A DNA stretch of 64,000 bases from Vermamoeba vermiformis. Its lineage: Eukaryota. Location of the stretch: positions 496,001 to 560,000 of the forward strand of contig JBEWZL010000152.1 in the NCBI GenBank assembly GCA_045837725.1. Reading direction: 5' to 3'. The translations under genes were made by a program, and so were the position numbers. Shown piece by piece: positions 1 through 13,585 of this stretch. Each line of letters opens with the position of its first letter. Within the stretch, counting starts at the first letter, position 1. The notes under the pieces are model-generated. The model was given only the letters and a program-made list of their open reading frames with translations, had not been told where the DNA came from and did not search any database.

Positions 1-506
1 GTGATATAGTAAACGTGACTAATGAGATGACTTTAAGTGCGGCGTTCGTGCGCACAGAGAAGGTGATTTTGGGGTCTGGGACTCTGACATGGTCCCATTT
101 TAACGGGAACCGTGCACGAAGTTAGGGCTCTATCGGTACTGAATTGGCCCTCGATGTAAGAGCTCATTGCAGTCACATTGCAATTTGACTTTGCGAAACT
201 ATTCTTGACACAGCCAAAAATAACTAACTTTGCTAAGTTCGAGTCAAATTCTGAACTGTAGAACCCATTTCTTAAGAAGAGTATTGATTGGGTTCATTGA
301 TGCACCCCAACAACTCACAATTGCTGTGCGTTGGCACATGCTTGAATTCTGGAGGTGTGGATCTCCCAACACGTGACTTTCAGACAAGATCTTCGAAACT
401 GCTTGGCCATAATTTCAAACGCACTTGTATAATTAACAAAAACTTGTTTATTTGTAAATCGAAGTGTTATTTATTGACAAACACTGTAAAGGACTTAAAA
501 TTCTAA

Positions 507-1437
507 ATGGTACGACATTCGCTACTGTAGCCTACATACAATAACTCACTCAGTAACTTTATTTAATAATTCCATGACTTTTGAAATTGTCAGGAGCTGA
601 CATCCATTAATTTTCTCTGCAGATCAGATCCCGACTAGCACGATTTTTATTTATTGGTTTGCCGTCACCTTTCGTATTAATTGGGGGTATGTACTGAAAC
701 GGACGTGGTCATTTTTAATTCAATTATTTTTTGAAAATTAATTTTTGGATCTAACCCAATAATAATTCAGGCTACAACCTATTGGCCGCACAAAAATATC
801 AAGGCCATGTTAATTTTACAGTAGCAGAGAAGAAAGACGGCTACGAGATCCGTCAATATTTCCCTCACTTTCAAGCTGAACTCAGTGTGGCAGCTCCGTA
901 CTACTCACAAGCCCTGCAGAAAGGTGCTGATGAATTGAAGAGGTATGACTCAAAACACTCCATTAGACCTTAATTAACACACTAGGCAGGTATTTACAGC
1001 GCCGAGAAAATACACGCGAGCGAATAGTGCGTGTGACCTATCCATTTGCAGCGCGTGAAATGAGTGCTGAAGAGGCTGCAAAGTATCCGCGCTTTGTGCC
1101 CGTGAAAGAGACCGTTGAGAAGCCGAAAGACAACAAATCTTACGTCGTGACCATTGCACTCGATGACACGTACACTCGCGCGTCAATCCCCAAGCCGTGG
1201 AACCCATTCATTTTCTTGCGTGAAATTCCGACTCGACCAATGGCAGTGCGCACATTCAGCGGCTGGATCACACAAGACAAAGTAGAAAAAGAGATTGAAG
1301 CATTTAAAGCAGACTTGCAGCGCGATGGTCTGCAGTACAAAGAGCTCAAAGTCGGTGATTGGAACGACGTTTTTATGCTGTTCTGGCGCAGGAATGAAAT
1401 TCAAGCCGTGTTGAGCGACAAGAACGACAAGAAATAA
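507..1437 (+). CDS. SOUL/heme-binding family protein (spliced; likely N-terminal membrane anchor)
   Basis: Exons join as M|IRSRLARFLFIGLPSPFVLIG|GYNLL...FTVAEKKDGYEIRQY...PKPWNPFIFLREIP..MAVRTFSGW...FWRRNEI. The YEIRxY, VRxFSG and RRNEI motifs are typical of SOUL. The ATG-only first exon at 507 is tentative. Confidence 0.8.
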
Positions 1438-1542
1438 ATGTCGAATGTTATGTAGCAAATATTCCTTCAAAATCAAAGTTATGAAGCTCGGTAAAGTTGA
1501 GCTGACTAGCATGAAGTGAATATTATTTAACTGAATCTTACA

Positions 1543-3276
1543 TTACACAACTAATAGCGCAGGATCACTGACAAGTCGCTTGAATTCTTCCAAGAATTGT
1601 GCGGCGTGTTCGTCGTTCACTGCGCGGCCATCGTACGACAGTGCGACCTTAATCGTGTTGCGGACTTGCGGCACTCCTTTTTCAAGGTCCAAATCTAACT
1701 TCTGTTGAATGCCACCGACAGCCATGATGCATGCCTAATTAGGAAATCGATCGATTAGATAGTGATTGACAACTACACTAGTGACAAGTCATACTTGAGG
1801 TGGGTTGATGACAGCAGTAAATTCTGAGATGCCAAACATGCCTAAATTGGAAATGCTGAAAGTACCGCCTTGGAACTCGTGCGGCAACAATTTGTTGGTG
1901 CGAGCACGGTCAGCGAGGTCCTAGTTAAATAGCGTGAGCTCATTGTGCGACATTAACAACGCATTCCTCGCACCTTCATGTTGGCAGAGATCTCTGCGAC
2001 ACCCTTGCCCGAGGCGTTCTTGATGATCGGTGTGATCAGACCAGTGTCGAGTGACACGGCGACTGACACGTCAACTGTTTTGTGTTGAACGAGCTAACAC
2101 GCAGTCAGTAAGCAGCACTTGACACGTGTCAAACAGAGCACTGTAACGTACCTCTTGAGTCTTGAGGTCCCATGAAACATTCACTTGAGGCACGCGTGTC
2201 AAAGCGACGGCAGCGGCCTTGATGATAAAGTCGTTGACTGACACTTTGACGTCTTGAGCTGCACATGACACGTGTCAATTAGTAACCTGCACGATGTTGT
2301 ACTATTAAGTCAATCACTTACCGGCCAATTGTTTTCTGAGTGCCATCAACTTGTCTACAGTGCACTCTTCGGTGAGATAGACGTGTGGAATGGTTGATTT
2401 GGACTCGGTCAATCGTTGTGCGATGACGCGGCGCATTGAAGACGCCTAGGTGACACGTGTCAACATGAGTCAAGTCATTGACACGCGATGCAGTGTGACG
2501 ACTTACAGGTTGATCAACAAACTTAGGACCACGTCTGTTGTTAGCAGCGCTAGTGCTAGTGGCAGCAGCGGGACTGGCAGCACTCTTGGGGGCTGGGGCA
2601 GTGCTGGGTGCGGGCTTGGACTCGTGTTGAACTGGTGACTTTTTAAGACCTTTTTGGGCTACAATAATATTCAAGCAGGTCAGTTAGTACATTGTATTAA
2701 TTGATTTGCCGATAACACCAATGTGGTGCAGTGTTGTGGTATAATGATTATATGCAACGGTGAAAACATGCGAGTAAGTGCTGCAGATCCACTTACTAAT
2801 AAATGCCAGCACATCGCCCTTGAGCAGACGGCCGAGTGGACCAGTGGGTGTGACGTCCTTAGCATTGATGGCATATTCGTCGAGCAATCTGCGCACTGAG
2901 GGGAATACTCCGCGCTCGAATTTCAACGTTTCAGCATCTGGGTGGTGGATCCAGGTTGTTAATTGAAAATTTACGCAAAAAAATAGCGGTATAAATATTC
3001 ATATGCATTGGATCATTATTTTATGAGGCAAATGGCCTACGTTGTAATTTTGGTTAAAAAAAATATCAATTATGTAAAATTAATTTTGAATGCAATGTGA
3101 GTTCAATATAGATGACAATAGGTGCTATAAAATCATATAATTAATTATATAATATTTTATGCGGACTTACGTTGCTTATTTGAAGTATGAAAGTTCTTGA
3201 GACTTATGGCTCTCGATCCGTTACTGCTAGTAGTACGAGTGGCAATACGGATACCACGATATAATTGACTTAACAT
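1543..3276 (-). CDS. PDHX: Mitochondrial pyruvate dehydrogenase E3-binding protein/PDHX-like (PSBD + inactive acyltransferase core, no lipoyl domain)
   Basis: Arg/Ser-rich presequence [14 protein letters not shown]..., then PSBD (PSVRRLL...[13 protein letters not shown]), an Ala/Pro/Ser linker, and a core with [12 protein letters not shown] and [13 protein letters not shown]. The catalytic DHR motif reads DGRAVND. Confidence 0.85.
2119..2462. promoter_or_regulatory. Cluster of intronic TGACACGTGTCA palindromes (G-box/E-box core) in three consecutive PDHX introns
   Basis: Exact 12-mers at 2120, 2266 and 2451, with further copies elsewhere in the window. Function unknown. Confidence 0.5.
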
Positions 3277-3389
3277 GGATTAAAATAAATATTAATAGCC
3301 GTTGTGATCACTTTGAGCAAAATGACAAAAAGATCTTCGTTGATCTATTTTTCATTAAACCAACAAAGGAGTGAACATACTGGCCCATC

Positions 3390-5973
3390 ATGTCACGTGC
3401 ATTGAAGCGTATGTTAGAAGAAAAAACCGAGCCTAATAAACAAAAGCCCGTTGAAGAAGAGAGTGAGGATGAGGATGACGCGCCAACCGGTTTCGTGAAT
3501 CCGTTTGACTTGGTGCGTAGTATTATTAAATGACGATAAATAATTATTATAATAATTATGCACCGTAATTGCCGCATAATAATCACTTTCTGTAATTTGA
3601 GAATTTTTTCATAATTTATTTAGTCAATTTGAACTTGATAACGCGTCATCAACAGTTAATAGCAGCAAGCAGTACTTAACATCACATTTATCATAGCTTA
3701 ATCAAGGAGGAGGCAATGACGATGATGAGGACTCGGAAGAAGAAGATCCAAAGCCCGTTCAGCCAGCCAAACCAGCTGCGGCAGTATGTAGTCTGGATGT
3801 GCTCAATTTGAACACTTATTGATTGACTTGCATACTATAGAAGCAATCTGCTAAAAATAATAACAAGAAAAAGAAAAAGAAAGGCAAAGCTAAGCCAGAT
3901 CCACAACCAAAAAGTGAAGAAAAAGAAGAGGACATCGATCAGCTCGTTAAAGAGTAAGATCAAATAGACTTTATATCAGTGCCACTAATATTGCATATAT
4001 AGACTTGGTCTCGAGAATACACGCTCTGAATTAGAGCAGGCTGAGAGTGAAGGACTCGTCGAGAATTTATTGTCGTTACAAGCCATTCACCTCGATGCTG
4101 ATGCGGAAATGAGGAAATTGTTCGGTCCTGGAGTGGTATGTATACTAATATATGCAGCAGTGATTATCATAGTCGTGTTAACAATTGAGTTTTAGATCCC
4201 CAAAGAAAAGCGTGATCCAAGAATTAAGTACGTAACGATAATAATGGCCTATTACGCTGGTCAATCATCCTAAACATATTACAACAGGCGCGTGGCTCAT
4301 AGAAAATCATTGATTATCAAGCCAAGAGAGTTCTGGCCGCGCATGTCGAGTGGTTTGAGTATGGATCTGATCGACTCCAAGTCCGGCGTGAATTACTTCA
4401 AAATTAACTGGAGCAAAGAATACAAAGAGATACAAAAGCAGTTCATTGCCTGTGTTAATACGGGTGATCCAAACACGCTCGGTCAGGTACGTCTCATTCT
4501 AATCCTCCATGCTTTATTTTTTCCCTAATTTGGTAATCAGCTATTGCACGTGCACCCGTATCACATCGACACATTGTTACAACTCGCCGAGGCCTTCAAG
4601 TTTATGGGCGAGTTAGACAGTTCCCTCGACTTGATTGACCGCGCACTGTACGCCTTTGAGTGTTCGTGGCACAATTTGTTCAATCCAGTCACGCACAACA
4701 ACCAGCGATTGGAGTACAAACATCCTGAGAATAGGTATGGCACGCGACATTAACTTAAATTCAACGACTAACATGTTTGCTTAGATCATTTTTCTTGGCC
4801 ATGTTCAAACACGTTCAAGATCTGGGACGGTAATGACAAGATTAATACTAATTTCACGGCATAATATTAATACGTTTACTTTTAGACGGGGATGCAGTCG
4901 CACGGCTTTAGAGTTCTGCAAATTGATGCTCAAACTGGATCCGTCAGATCCGCTTGGCGTGTTGTACTTGATCGACACCTACGCCGTTAGAGCGCGACAA
5001 TACGACTTTTTGATTGAATTGACCTACTCGAAGATGTTCCAAGACCGCTCGTTGTCTTATTTGCCTAACTTTGCCATGCACGTCGCACTCGCCAAATTCT
5101 ACCTCGAAAAAGAGGGCGAAGAGGTAAGCCCAGCAGTGCATGAATTACAATGTAATAACACACTGGACTTCAAGGGCAACACGAACAACAATGCATTGAA
5201 CAAGAAGAACTTGCGCGCGTCCTCGAACAAATTGTTGTCGAGCTCCGAACTGTTGCAGAACGCACTCATGTTGTTCCCGATGATCTTGCCGCCAATGCTC
5301 AAAAAGATGTCCATTAACTCGCTCATGCACCGTGAGGCTGATGGCACTTCCAGCGACGTCATGTTGCACGGCTATTTCACTAGCCCGCCATTCGTGCCAC
5401 CCGCCGTGCAGTATTTAAGTGCCTTGTTCGTCGAGAGAAATGCAGCGCTGTGGCGTGACCCTGATGTAGTCACGTGGCTCAAAGAGAACGCCATCAAAAC
5501 CAAAGTGCGTGCTGAGAGTCAAGATCCAATGGTCGAGAACTGCGCTGTCATCTTGCGCGAGGAGCACGAGACAGTCGCGCCGAATGTTTATCGACACATC
5601 TTGTTGACAGGTACGCATCATACACCCCCGTATCGTATTAATGACACGTGTCACGTTAATTTTTAACCGTGTGTTGACAGATGACAACGAGGTCGTAAAT
5701 TCCTTGCCCGCAGATGTGGTGAACGAAGGCTTCCGAATCTACGACGACGAAGAAGAGAAGGAGTATCGCGTGCAAGACAACAACCAGCGCGGCAACACGA
5801 CTGTGAATGCAATCGGAGCTTTGTTGAGCTCGATCTTGCCTTGGAACACACGACCCACCGGCGAATGGCTGAGCGAGCTGGTGAATCGAATCAACACAAG
5901 CAATGCTGAGGGTGGTGCTGAGAATACGGACAATGCCGATGAGGGTGATAATAATGACTTGCATGAGGACTAA
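3390..5973 (+). CDS. TCF25: TCF25/Rqc1/Nulp1 ribosome quality control protein (multi-exon)
   Basis: Acidic/basic N-terminus with NPFDL; core motifs HPYHIDTLLQL, DLIDRALYAFE, RRGCSRTALEFCKL..LDP.DPLG, LPNFA. Confidence 0.9.
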
Positions 5974-6307
5974 AATGTACATAAATTAGATCGGATCGGA
6001 ATCCGGCGCTTCTCGTAAAGATTTTATTACTGTGAGTCATTTATATGGTACTTGAGTATAATACTATTCATTAGCGTAACACCACATTTACTTGGATTCT
6101 ATCGTGCTTTACTTGCCAAATTTGTCTGAAGATTTTCCGTAGCTTTTTAATTAGTTTACGGTTGATTAAACACGGTCGATAGTGAAATATGGTATCAGAA
6201 CTATAATAGTGAGGTAATCAATATAATTTCAGAACATTACGTGTGCATCTAAGCGGAGTTTTAGGAATGGTTCGTTGATTTATTTAACTAATAATAACGT
6301 AATATAG

Positions 6308-9300
6308 ATGCAAGGTCAATTGTCGTTGAAAAAATCCGAAGGATTTTTAAAGAAAAAAGTTTGGAAACAATATTGGTTCAAACTGACGGATCAGAGCTTT
6401 GTTTGCTCGAAGACCGAAGATTATAATGACGTCGAGGATACTATTAAAATTGATAAAGGTAAATACAAACTTTTGTTTAACTGGTCGATTCTGGCAATTT
6501 ATTTAATTGAAAAAAAGATTTTTTCTGATTTTTTACGGTTATAATTCGTGTCGGTAACATGTAACGAGCCGGCATTCAATTAATACTTAAGGAATCGATA
6601 ATTAATAATTTTAAAAATTGTTTCAGACGTTTCTTTGACCTTGAAGAAAAATTCGGATGGCAAATCCGTAATGACCGTCGCCCTGAAAACAAAGAAATGG
6701 TCATTAATGGCAGAGACCGAGGACGGTTTTCAACGATGGCAAGAGGCTGTAAAATCAGCCGTAACAAAAGCAGGCAAGTATTGGCAGATCCGTACACTTT
6801 TTCTCGTTTGTAGGTAATCACTGGTAGCTGACTATATTAACTCCATAAGGCGGCAAAGTCGTAGCATCGAAGGTGAAGCCCGAGGACATTGTTATTGAGC
6901 GCACAGACGTTCCTTCAAAGCGAGACTCACGCACTGACTCGCTGGGCGGACCTCCGTCCAATCCGAGCACACCACGTGCTGCACGCGAAGAACAGCCGCA
7001 ACATCAGAGCGGCGAGTTCAGCGTGTCGGGCGGTGAGCCATCGAGCACGGACAGTCAAGACAGACCTCCCCTGCCTACGCGTTCTCCGTAAGTACTCGTC
7101 GCGTGTCAAAAATGTCACACGAGACTGACAGTCACTTCAACAGGAGCGTGCAACAGTTGGGCGGTCCATCGCGACCACAGATCAAGAAACGTAAGTGACA
7201 CGTGTCGAGCACAATGGAGAGGTCATTCTAACCACGCATTAGCGCCATTGCCACCGCGTCCAGGCGAGACAAAATCACCCTCACAGCCACCACGTCCCGA
7301 AGAGAATGGCAGTGGTAACACCAGTGACGCGAGTGGTGCCTCGAGCCCCGTACAAACAGATTCACCAGCCCCCACGAGTCCTCCTGACCCAGCTGTCCGC
7401 AAAATGTTCCGTGCTCCGAGTCAGTCAGTCGTGCTCAACAACAGCGGGGGCTCAGCAGTGCCAACACCTCCTTCGCGAGGTCCAGGCAAGGGTCCGATGC
7501 CAGGGCGAGGTAAATTCTCTCCAGGCCCTGGTGGTCCACCTGGCATGGCGAAAGAAGGTGTCAATCCCGTGCCTCCTCCGCGCGGTCCTAATGGCGTGAG
7601 CAGTAAGTCTTACTGACATGATTACAATCAACGGCGAAAATTAATGCCGTGCACAGCACCTCCGCCCTTGTCTCCGAAGAAGTCAGTCAGCGCACTCCCC
7701 ATCAATCAAACACCAGTCGTGGACACTCCACAGCCCGAACAACCAGCTGATAAAATTCCTTCACCGCGCGAACGAGCACCAACAATGCTGGGAGAGAAAG
7801 AAGGTATTGCCATTCAAATTAGGATTGATTGACATGTTGTGCTCATTTACTTTTCAGCTCATCGTGCCAAGATTGCGCGTGAAATTTTGGAGACAGAACG
7901 AGGATACTTCAAGTCTATTAACAGTCTCATCACAGTACGTATTATTATTGATAATATTACGAAAAGATACTAATAGTGCACTAGTTCTACTTGGGTCCAT
8001 TGACGAGTCAAGCAGCAGCGATGAACGTGCCCATTGAACACATCAAAACATTGTTCCCGACGAACTTGGAGCTGATCATTCAATTCAACAAAGAATTGCT
8101 CGCTCAATTAGAAGAGCGCATTAACAACTTTACACCAGTGACTACCATTGGTGACGTGTTTATGAAACTGGTGCGTCGTGACAGATGTCATTATAATGAT
8201 ACAACAGAACTAATGCTGTGCTGCTGCAGTCCCCGTTCTTGAAGATGTACAACGAGTACTCGAGTGCCTATCAAACAGCGCTTAACATGTACAATCAACT
8301 GCGCAAAGACAATCCGTTGTTTGTGAAAGAGCTCGAGGTAATTCAACACTATTGTTGTTATATATAAGTACGGCATATTAATCCCTCACAGACCTGTCGC
8401 AAATCATCGGGCAGTCAATTGACGCTTGAAGATTTGATTATTATGCCCGTGCAACGTATTCCCCGTTACAAATTGTTGCTGGAAGATTTCCTGAAGAACA
8501 CAGACAAAGCACACGTCGACTACGCCAATCTTCAAGCAGCGCTGTCCAAGGTGAATGAAGTCGCTGCATTTATCAACGAAAGTGTCCGCAAATCCGACAA
8601 CGCCAAGAAGATGATGGGCATGTCCAGCAAGGGCGCCAATTTTGATGTAAGTCACAACTCTGCGTATATTAAGGCGGTATTAACACGTGAGTAGAATTTG
8701 ATTGCGCCGCATCGCTTTTTGATTCGCGACGGCAGCAACAAAGTGACGGAACACAAGCGCAAAGAAATGAAACATTTCTTCTTGTTCAACGACTTGTTTG
8801 TGCACGTCAAAGAGTCGTTGATGAAGGACGGACACGACTTGTCCAATCCTGAATTTGTCTGGCCGCTCAACTTGGTCTGGATCAGCGAAGCTCTATTGCC
8901 CAAAAAAGGTAATTTTTGTTATTAGTGCTGAATATAGTCCACAGATTAATGCCTCAATCACAGTCGAAATCATTGGTCCCAACGGCTCGATGACTTTGAA
9001 CGTCAAAAACGATCAGTCGTGGGTCAAAGATTTGAAGACGCATTGTCAGAACTTGCTCAACTTGTTGAACGAGAACGATCCCAGTGCGAACAACAGTAAG
9101 TAACGACTGGTCTGCGAGGTCAGTTCATTAACTCACCTCCCTGCAGACAATTCACACCGCAAGGGCAAGTACACTTATCCTGGCGGCAGCACTTACGATG
9201 GTGATTGGATTGATGGTCGAGTACGTGATTGACCCTGTGTAGTGACTGCACGATTGTATCTAATCACTGTTATTCAGCGACAAGGTCTCGGCACGTTCAG

Positions 9301-10876
9301 TCAGTGCGGCAACATTTACACGGGTGAATGGGTCAATGACAAGCGCAATGGGAAGGGCAAGTTGATCTTTGCCAATGGCTACGAGTACGACGGCACTTGG
9401 AAGGACGACATGCCGAGTAAGTTGACAGCTCCCAATACCTCTATTCTGAGATGAATTTGACACGTGTCATTAGACGGCAAGGGAATCATGTTCACACCAG
9501 ACAACGGGGCCAAGTACGAAGGTGACTGGAAGGACGGCAAACGTCACGGCATTGTAAGTGTGCTGAGAGGTCTGACACGTAGTTCTAACAACGACACAGG
9601 GTCATCTCGTGTTCCCTAACGGTGATGTCTATGACGGCGAGTTCTCAGATGACGGCATCAGTGGCCGCGGCAAATTGACGTGCTCGAGTGGCATGGTCTA
9701 CGAGGGCGAGTTCAAGGACGATTTGGTACGTAGAACAGCGATTGAGGACGATAAAAACATCTTCACTAACACTCGTTCAGTTCCACGGCATTGGCAAGCT
9801 GATTCTGCCGAACAAGACGTCGCAACTGGTCTACGAAGGCAGCTTCAAACAAGGTCTCAAGCACGGCAGAGGTGTGTTGAAGTACCCGCACGGCGCAGTC
9901 TACGAGGGCGAGTGGCAAGAGGACATGGTACGTGCTGCGATTAAACAAGTGTCTTGTACTCATCTTTGTTCAGCGCCACGGCAAAGGTGTGATGAAAGAA
10001 AAAGACAATTCGAGCTACGAAGGAGACTGGGCCAATGACATGTACGACGGTCAGGGTGTGAAGATCTATCCGAATGGCAGCAAATACAACGGGCACTGGT
10101 CTCGCGGTGTGAAAAAAGGCCAGGGCCAGTTCATTTACAGCAACGGCACTCGTTACGACGGCAACTGGGCCGATGACATGGTACGTCCACGATTGACACG
10201 TCATTCGTTCTGAGCGGTGTCTAATGTCTTCGCAGCGTCAAGGCATCGGTGGTTTTGTCGACAGTGACGGCAGCACGTACCAAGGTGAGTGGGCGGCAGA
10301 CAGACGCGAAGGCAAGGGTGTCATGACGTACGCATCGGGTGCTCGTTACGACGGCTACTGGCACTTTGACAAGTTCCACAAGACTGGCACGTTCACTGGT
10401 GGTGCTGAAGATTTGATTTCAAAGTACGAAGGTGAATGGCAGAACGGGCGCATGCACGGCAAGGGCACACTGCACTTCACGAACGGTGACGTGTTCAAGG
10501 GCTCGTTCAAAGACAATAAGGTACGTTCATACATTAATAATAGCTCAGTGACTAACCATTTCTATCCGCAGTTCCACGGCCAAGCAGTGTACAACTACGC
10601 GAATGGTTCTGCACTCAATTCCAAGTGGAACTACGGCGTGAAAGAAGGCAAAACAATGTTCACCACGCAAGAGTAAGTAATTGACCTATTACTGCGAGTG
10701 AGTGCAGCACTAATGATTTGTGTTGCAGCAAAGAGACGTTCTCGGGCTCCATCAAAGAGCCGCTGAGCAATGTGATTGAAGAGAAAGGAGATCTGCTGCA
10801 CATTGCCCCGACCTTCCCGCTGATGCCGATCTATTTCGACACCGAGACTGGGCGCACCTCGCTCTCACGGAATTAG
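6308..10876 (+). CDS. RhoGEF with N-terminal PH, Pro-rich linker, DH-PH and a C-terminal MORN-repeat array (alsin-like, no VPS9 seen)
   Basis: PH (QGQLSLKK...WKQYWFKL); DH (IAREILETERGY, LIIMPVQRIPRYKLLLEDFLK); PH (HFFLFNDL); many YEGEWxDDxxHGxG MORN repeats from ~9150 to 10670. The exact start exon is uncertain. Confidence 0.88.
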
Positions 10877-10978
10877 ACGAAGAAATGCGTTGAAGTGTGT
10901 TTGTTCGTGTTGAAAAAACTACTTGTAATTTTTTAGCTTAAAACTTGTATTGTACAACACCTGACAGTGACGCGTGCC

Positions 10979-12227
10979 TTATTTGTCTTCTTCAATTTCG
11001 AGGCTCAATTCAAGGTCGTCTTCAAGGTCACCACGGTCTGTTTGAGCTTGCAATAAATATTCGACGCGACTGCGGTCCAAGCAGGCAGGTTTTCTGATGA
11101 TGCCTTTGTGCACCAGCGCGAAGAGTGCTGCAGCGAGTGTGACAACGATGCTGACCGTGATCACTCCGATAGCCCATCTCGGCCACAACACACGCATCGT
11201 GATCGTTTGACGAAGTTCACCGATCGGGTTCGTCGCTGTGACGGTCAATTCAGCGCCGTTCAAGCCACTGTGCGCCGTCAATTTGATCGAGGGCTGTGTC
11301 TCTCTGAAGATGTCCTTGCCGTTGAGTGCCCATTGAAAGCGCGTGTAGCCATCGTCTACAAACTGCACAGTGATCTCGACCTCTTCATTGGCGTATGCTG
11401 TCACGCGCTGCGGCAAGTTCTTTTTGAATCTTGGAGCCATGGGCTTGATAAGCTTAATGCGACGACTGAGCACGGAGCCAGCAGGGTTGGTGACGCTGAG
11501 TTGGAACACGGAGTTGATGTCTTCGCGGCCGACAGTCAGCTGCAAGTCCCCCTTGTCCATGTAGACCAAGCCGTCCTCAGACCAGCTCATTGCTTTTTCG
11601 TTCTGCATCCACACCCACACCAGTCCCTCGCCGGTCACGTACTGGGTCAAGTTGATGGCCCATGTCTGACCAATGAATACGGGCAAGGTGATGTCAGAAG
11701 CGTCGTTAGAGAAGGTGACTGGAGAGATGCCAGGAGTGAGGTGAATCTCATATTGTGGCACATTCATGGACGGCTTGCCCAGCACGTACAAATACGCGGG
11801 ATCTGACGTCTCGAGCAGATCTGCGTCGGAGTAAACTTGGGCGTGGACCTTCGAGTCATTCATGCCTTCTTTTGCGTCAATTTTAACGCGCGTAGAAATG
11901 CTGTCGGACACTGCTTTGTCGTTCAAATACCAGATCACGCGTCGGTGGGTAACTGTTGAGTCCACCTGAATATCAAACGATGCTTTCGTGCCAATAAATG
12001 CCGAAGTTGATGAGGGTTGGCGAGTTATTACTAAATAATACTGTAATTAATATTCAAACGGAATTTTTACATTTTCTGAAATTAATTTTCCATTTTCCGT
12101 GCTTTTTTAATGCATAAACAATTGCGATTTGAGGATCATTACCTTTTTCTGTAGTACGTGATTGCGCTAATAAAATTAATTGCACAATTATAGCAAAGAG
12201 AAGAGCGGATTTGAATTTCTGAAACAT
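10979..12227 (-). CDS. Type I membrane protein with about three cysteine-less Ig-like (I-set-like) domains
   Basis: Signal peptide MFQKFKSALLFAIIVQLILLA; Ig-like units ITRQPSS...ASF..W, SVTNPAGSV, APRFKKNLP...FQWALNG...TATNPIG; TM AIGVITVSIVVTLAAALFALV; acidic cytoplasmic tail. Confidence 0.72.
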
Positions 12228-12478
12228 GGTTGTGTTTGGTCGGTTAAATATTTGAATGCAGCCAGTCACAACCGATGATATTTACAATAGTTCTTAAATA
12301 TAATACAATGGCTATCAATAAACGGTGTAAAAACAAATGACTTTTGGTTTGGGACCAACAATTTCACCGCTTTTTACTTCTAGCTTTTTGACAGCGGAGA
12401 TTGCAGGCAGATTATTTCAGGTACACTAAGCGGATCTGGTCATAATCGGTGTTGTAAATATACTTAATAGTATTTATT

Positions 12479-13453
12479 TCAATCGTCGTTGGTTTCACTG
12501 CTGTCCACGGGCTCCTCTTGATCCTCTCGCGGTACATTGTAATCGAATCCCTCGTGCGTGATGTCAGCAATGAATGGAGAACACTTCTCTATGAACTCGC
12601 GCACATCGAGACCTAATTTAACATCCTTTTCACCTCCTCCAAGCCAAATAAAGCCAGGAGACAGATCCAAGATGCGTTTTGAAAGAACGATCGGAACTTT
12701 TTCAGTCATGCCGAGCGGCGAGACACCATTGTGCAAATAGCCAGTCAATCGGTCGTTGTCGCTCGATTTAGCGAGATTGAAATGATAATTCTTTTTGGGG
12801 ATTGTTTTGTTGGTCACTTCGCGCAAGTAAGTGAACAGTTTGTGGCTCATTAATCTAGGAGGTAAATACAGTTAGATCGTCGACTATATGATTTTAATAT
12901 ATTAGCCGGGACTACCTCGTGGTATATTGAATGATGACGCAGTAGAATCGACTGTTCTTTGGATCCGAGCAGTCATTGCGCGTGCACATCGTGTTCTCCA
13001 ATATAATGCTCTTGCACAAGTGATGCACTGAAGGGGCTCCCAATAGCATTCTATAACAATATAAGCATCATATGAAATATTAATAGGAAACTTACCTTCT
13101 TTCATGCAAACTGAGCGTATAATAGTGTTCAGGCACTCGCTTCATTTTGGATCTGCGTGAATAATGGAGTTAATTATTTTAAAATTTCTAATATTATTTA
13201 AGTATCAATATATATGCATAATGTGTCCAATACTAGTATTGTGTTAATTAAAAATAATGTTTAAGATCTGACACGCATACTTGGCGAGTCCCAATTCTTG
13301 CGCAGCTTTAACCACACGCTGTTCATTCTCAGTGTACACGACGGGTAACATTGCCGTCACTTTTTTGTGGGCTTGTTCGGCTTCAGCTTGCAACTGCTCT
13401 AATCTCTCTTCAAGCTTCTTCAATCGCTCTTCTAATTGTGCATCACTCGCCAT
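12479..13453 (-). CDS. YbaK/aminoacyl-tRNA deacylase-associated domain protein
   Basis: Exons include HLCKSIILEN and LTGYLHNGVSPLGM..VPIVLSKRIL..IWLGGGEKDVKLG; N-terminal coiled coil. Confidence 0.85.
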
Positions 13454-13585
13454 TGTAAATTATACAAAGTAAATACTAAGATATTAATGCTAAGTAGTTG
13501 AGGTGCTCTTTTTGAAAGGAGATGAACAAATTGTTTTCCTGCTTCGCTTTTATGAACACCACAACTCAGAAAATAATTAATTAAA

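Noticed and set aside
1-506. ORF 288-506 and a short minus-strand reading frame near 30-230
   Set aside because: No recognisable motif or convincing splice structure; cannot support a gene call.
11108-11806. Long antisense ORFs (e.g. 11108-11806, 30861-31304, 33073-33831, 36703-38233)
   Set aside because: Shadow frames opposite well-supported genes, explained by codon bias and low complexity.
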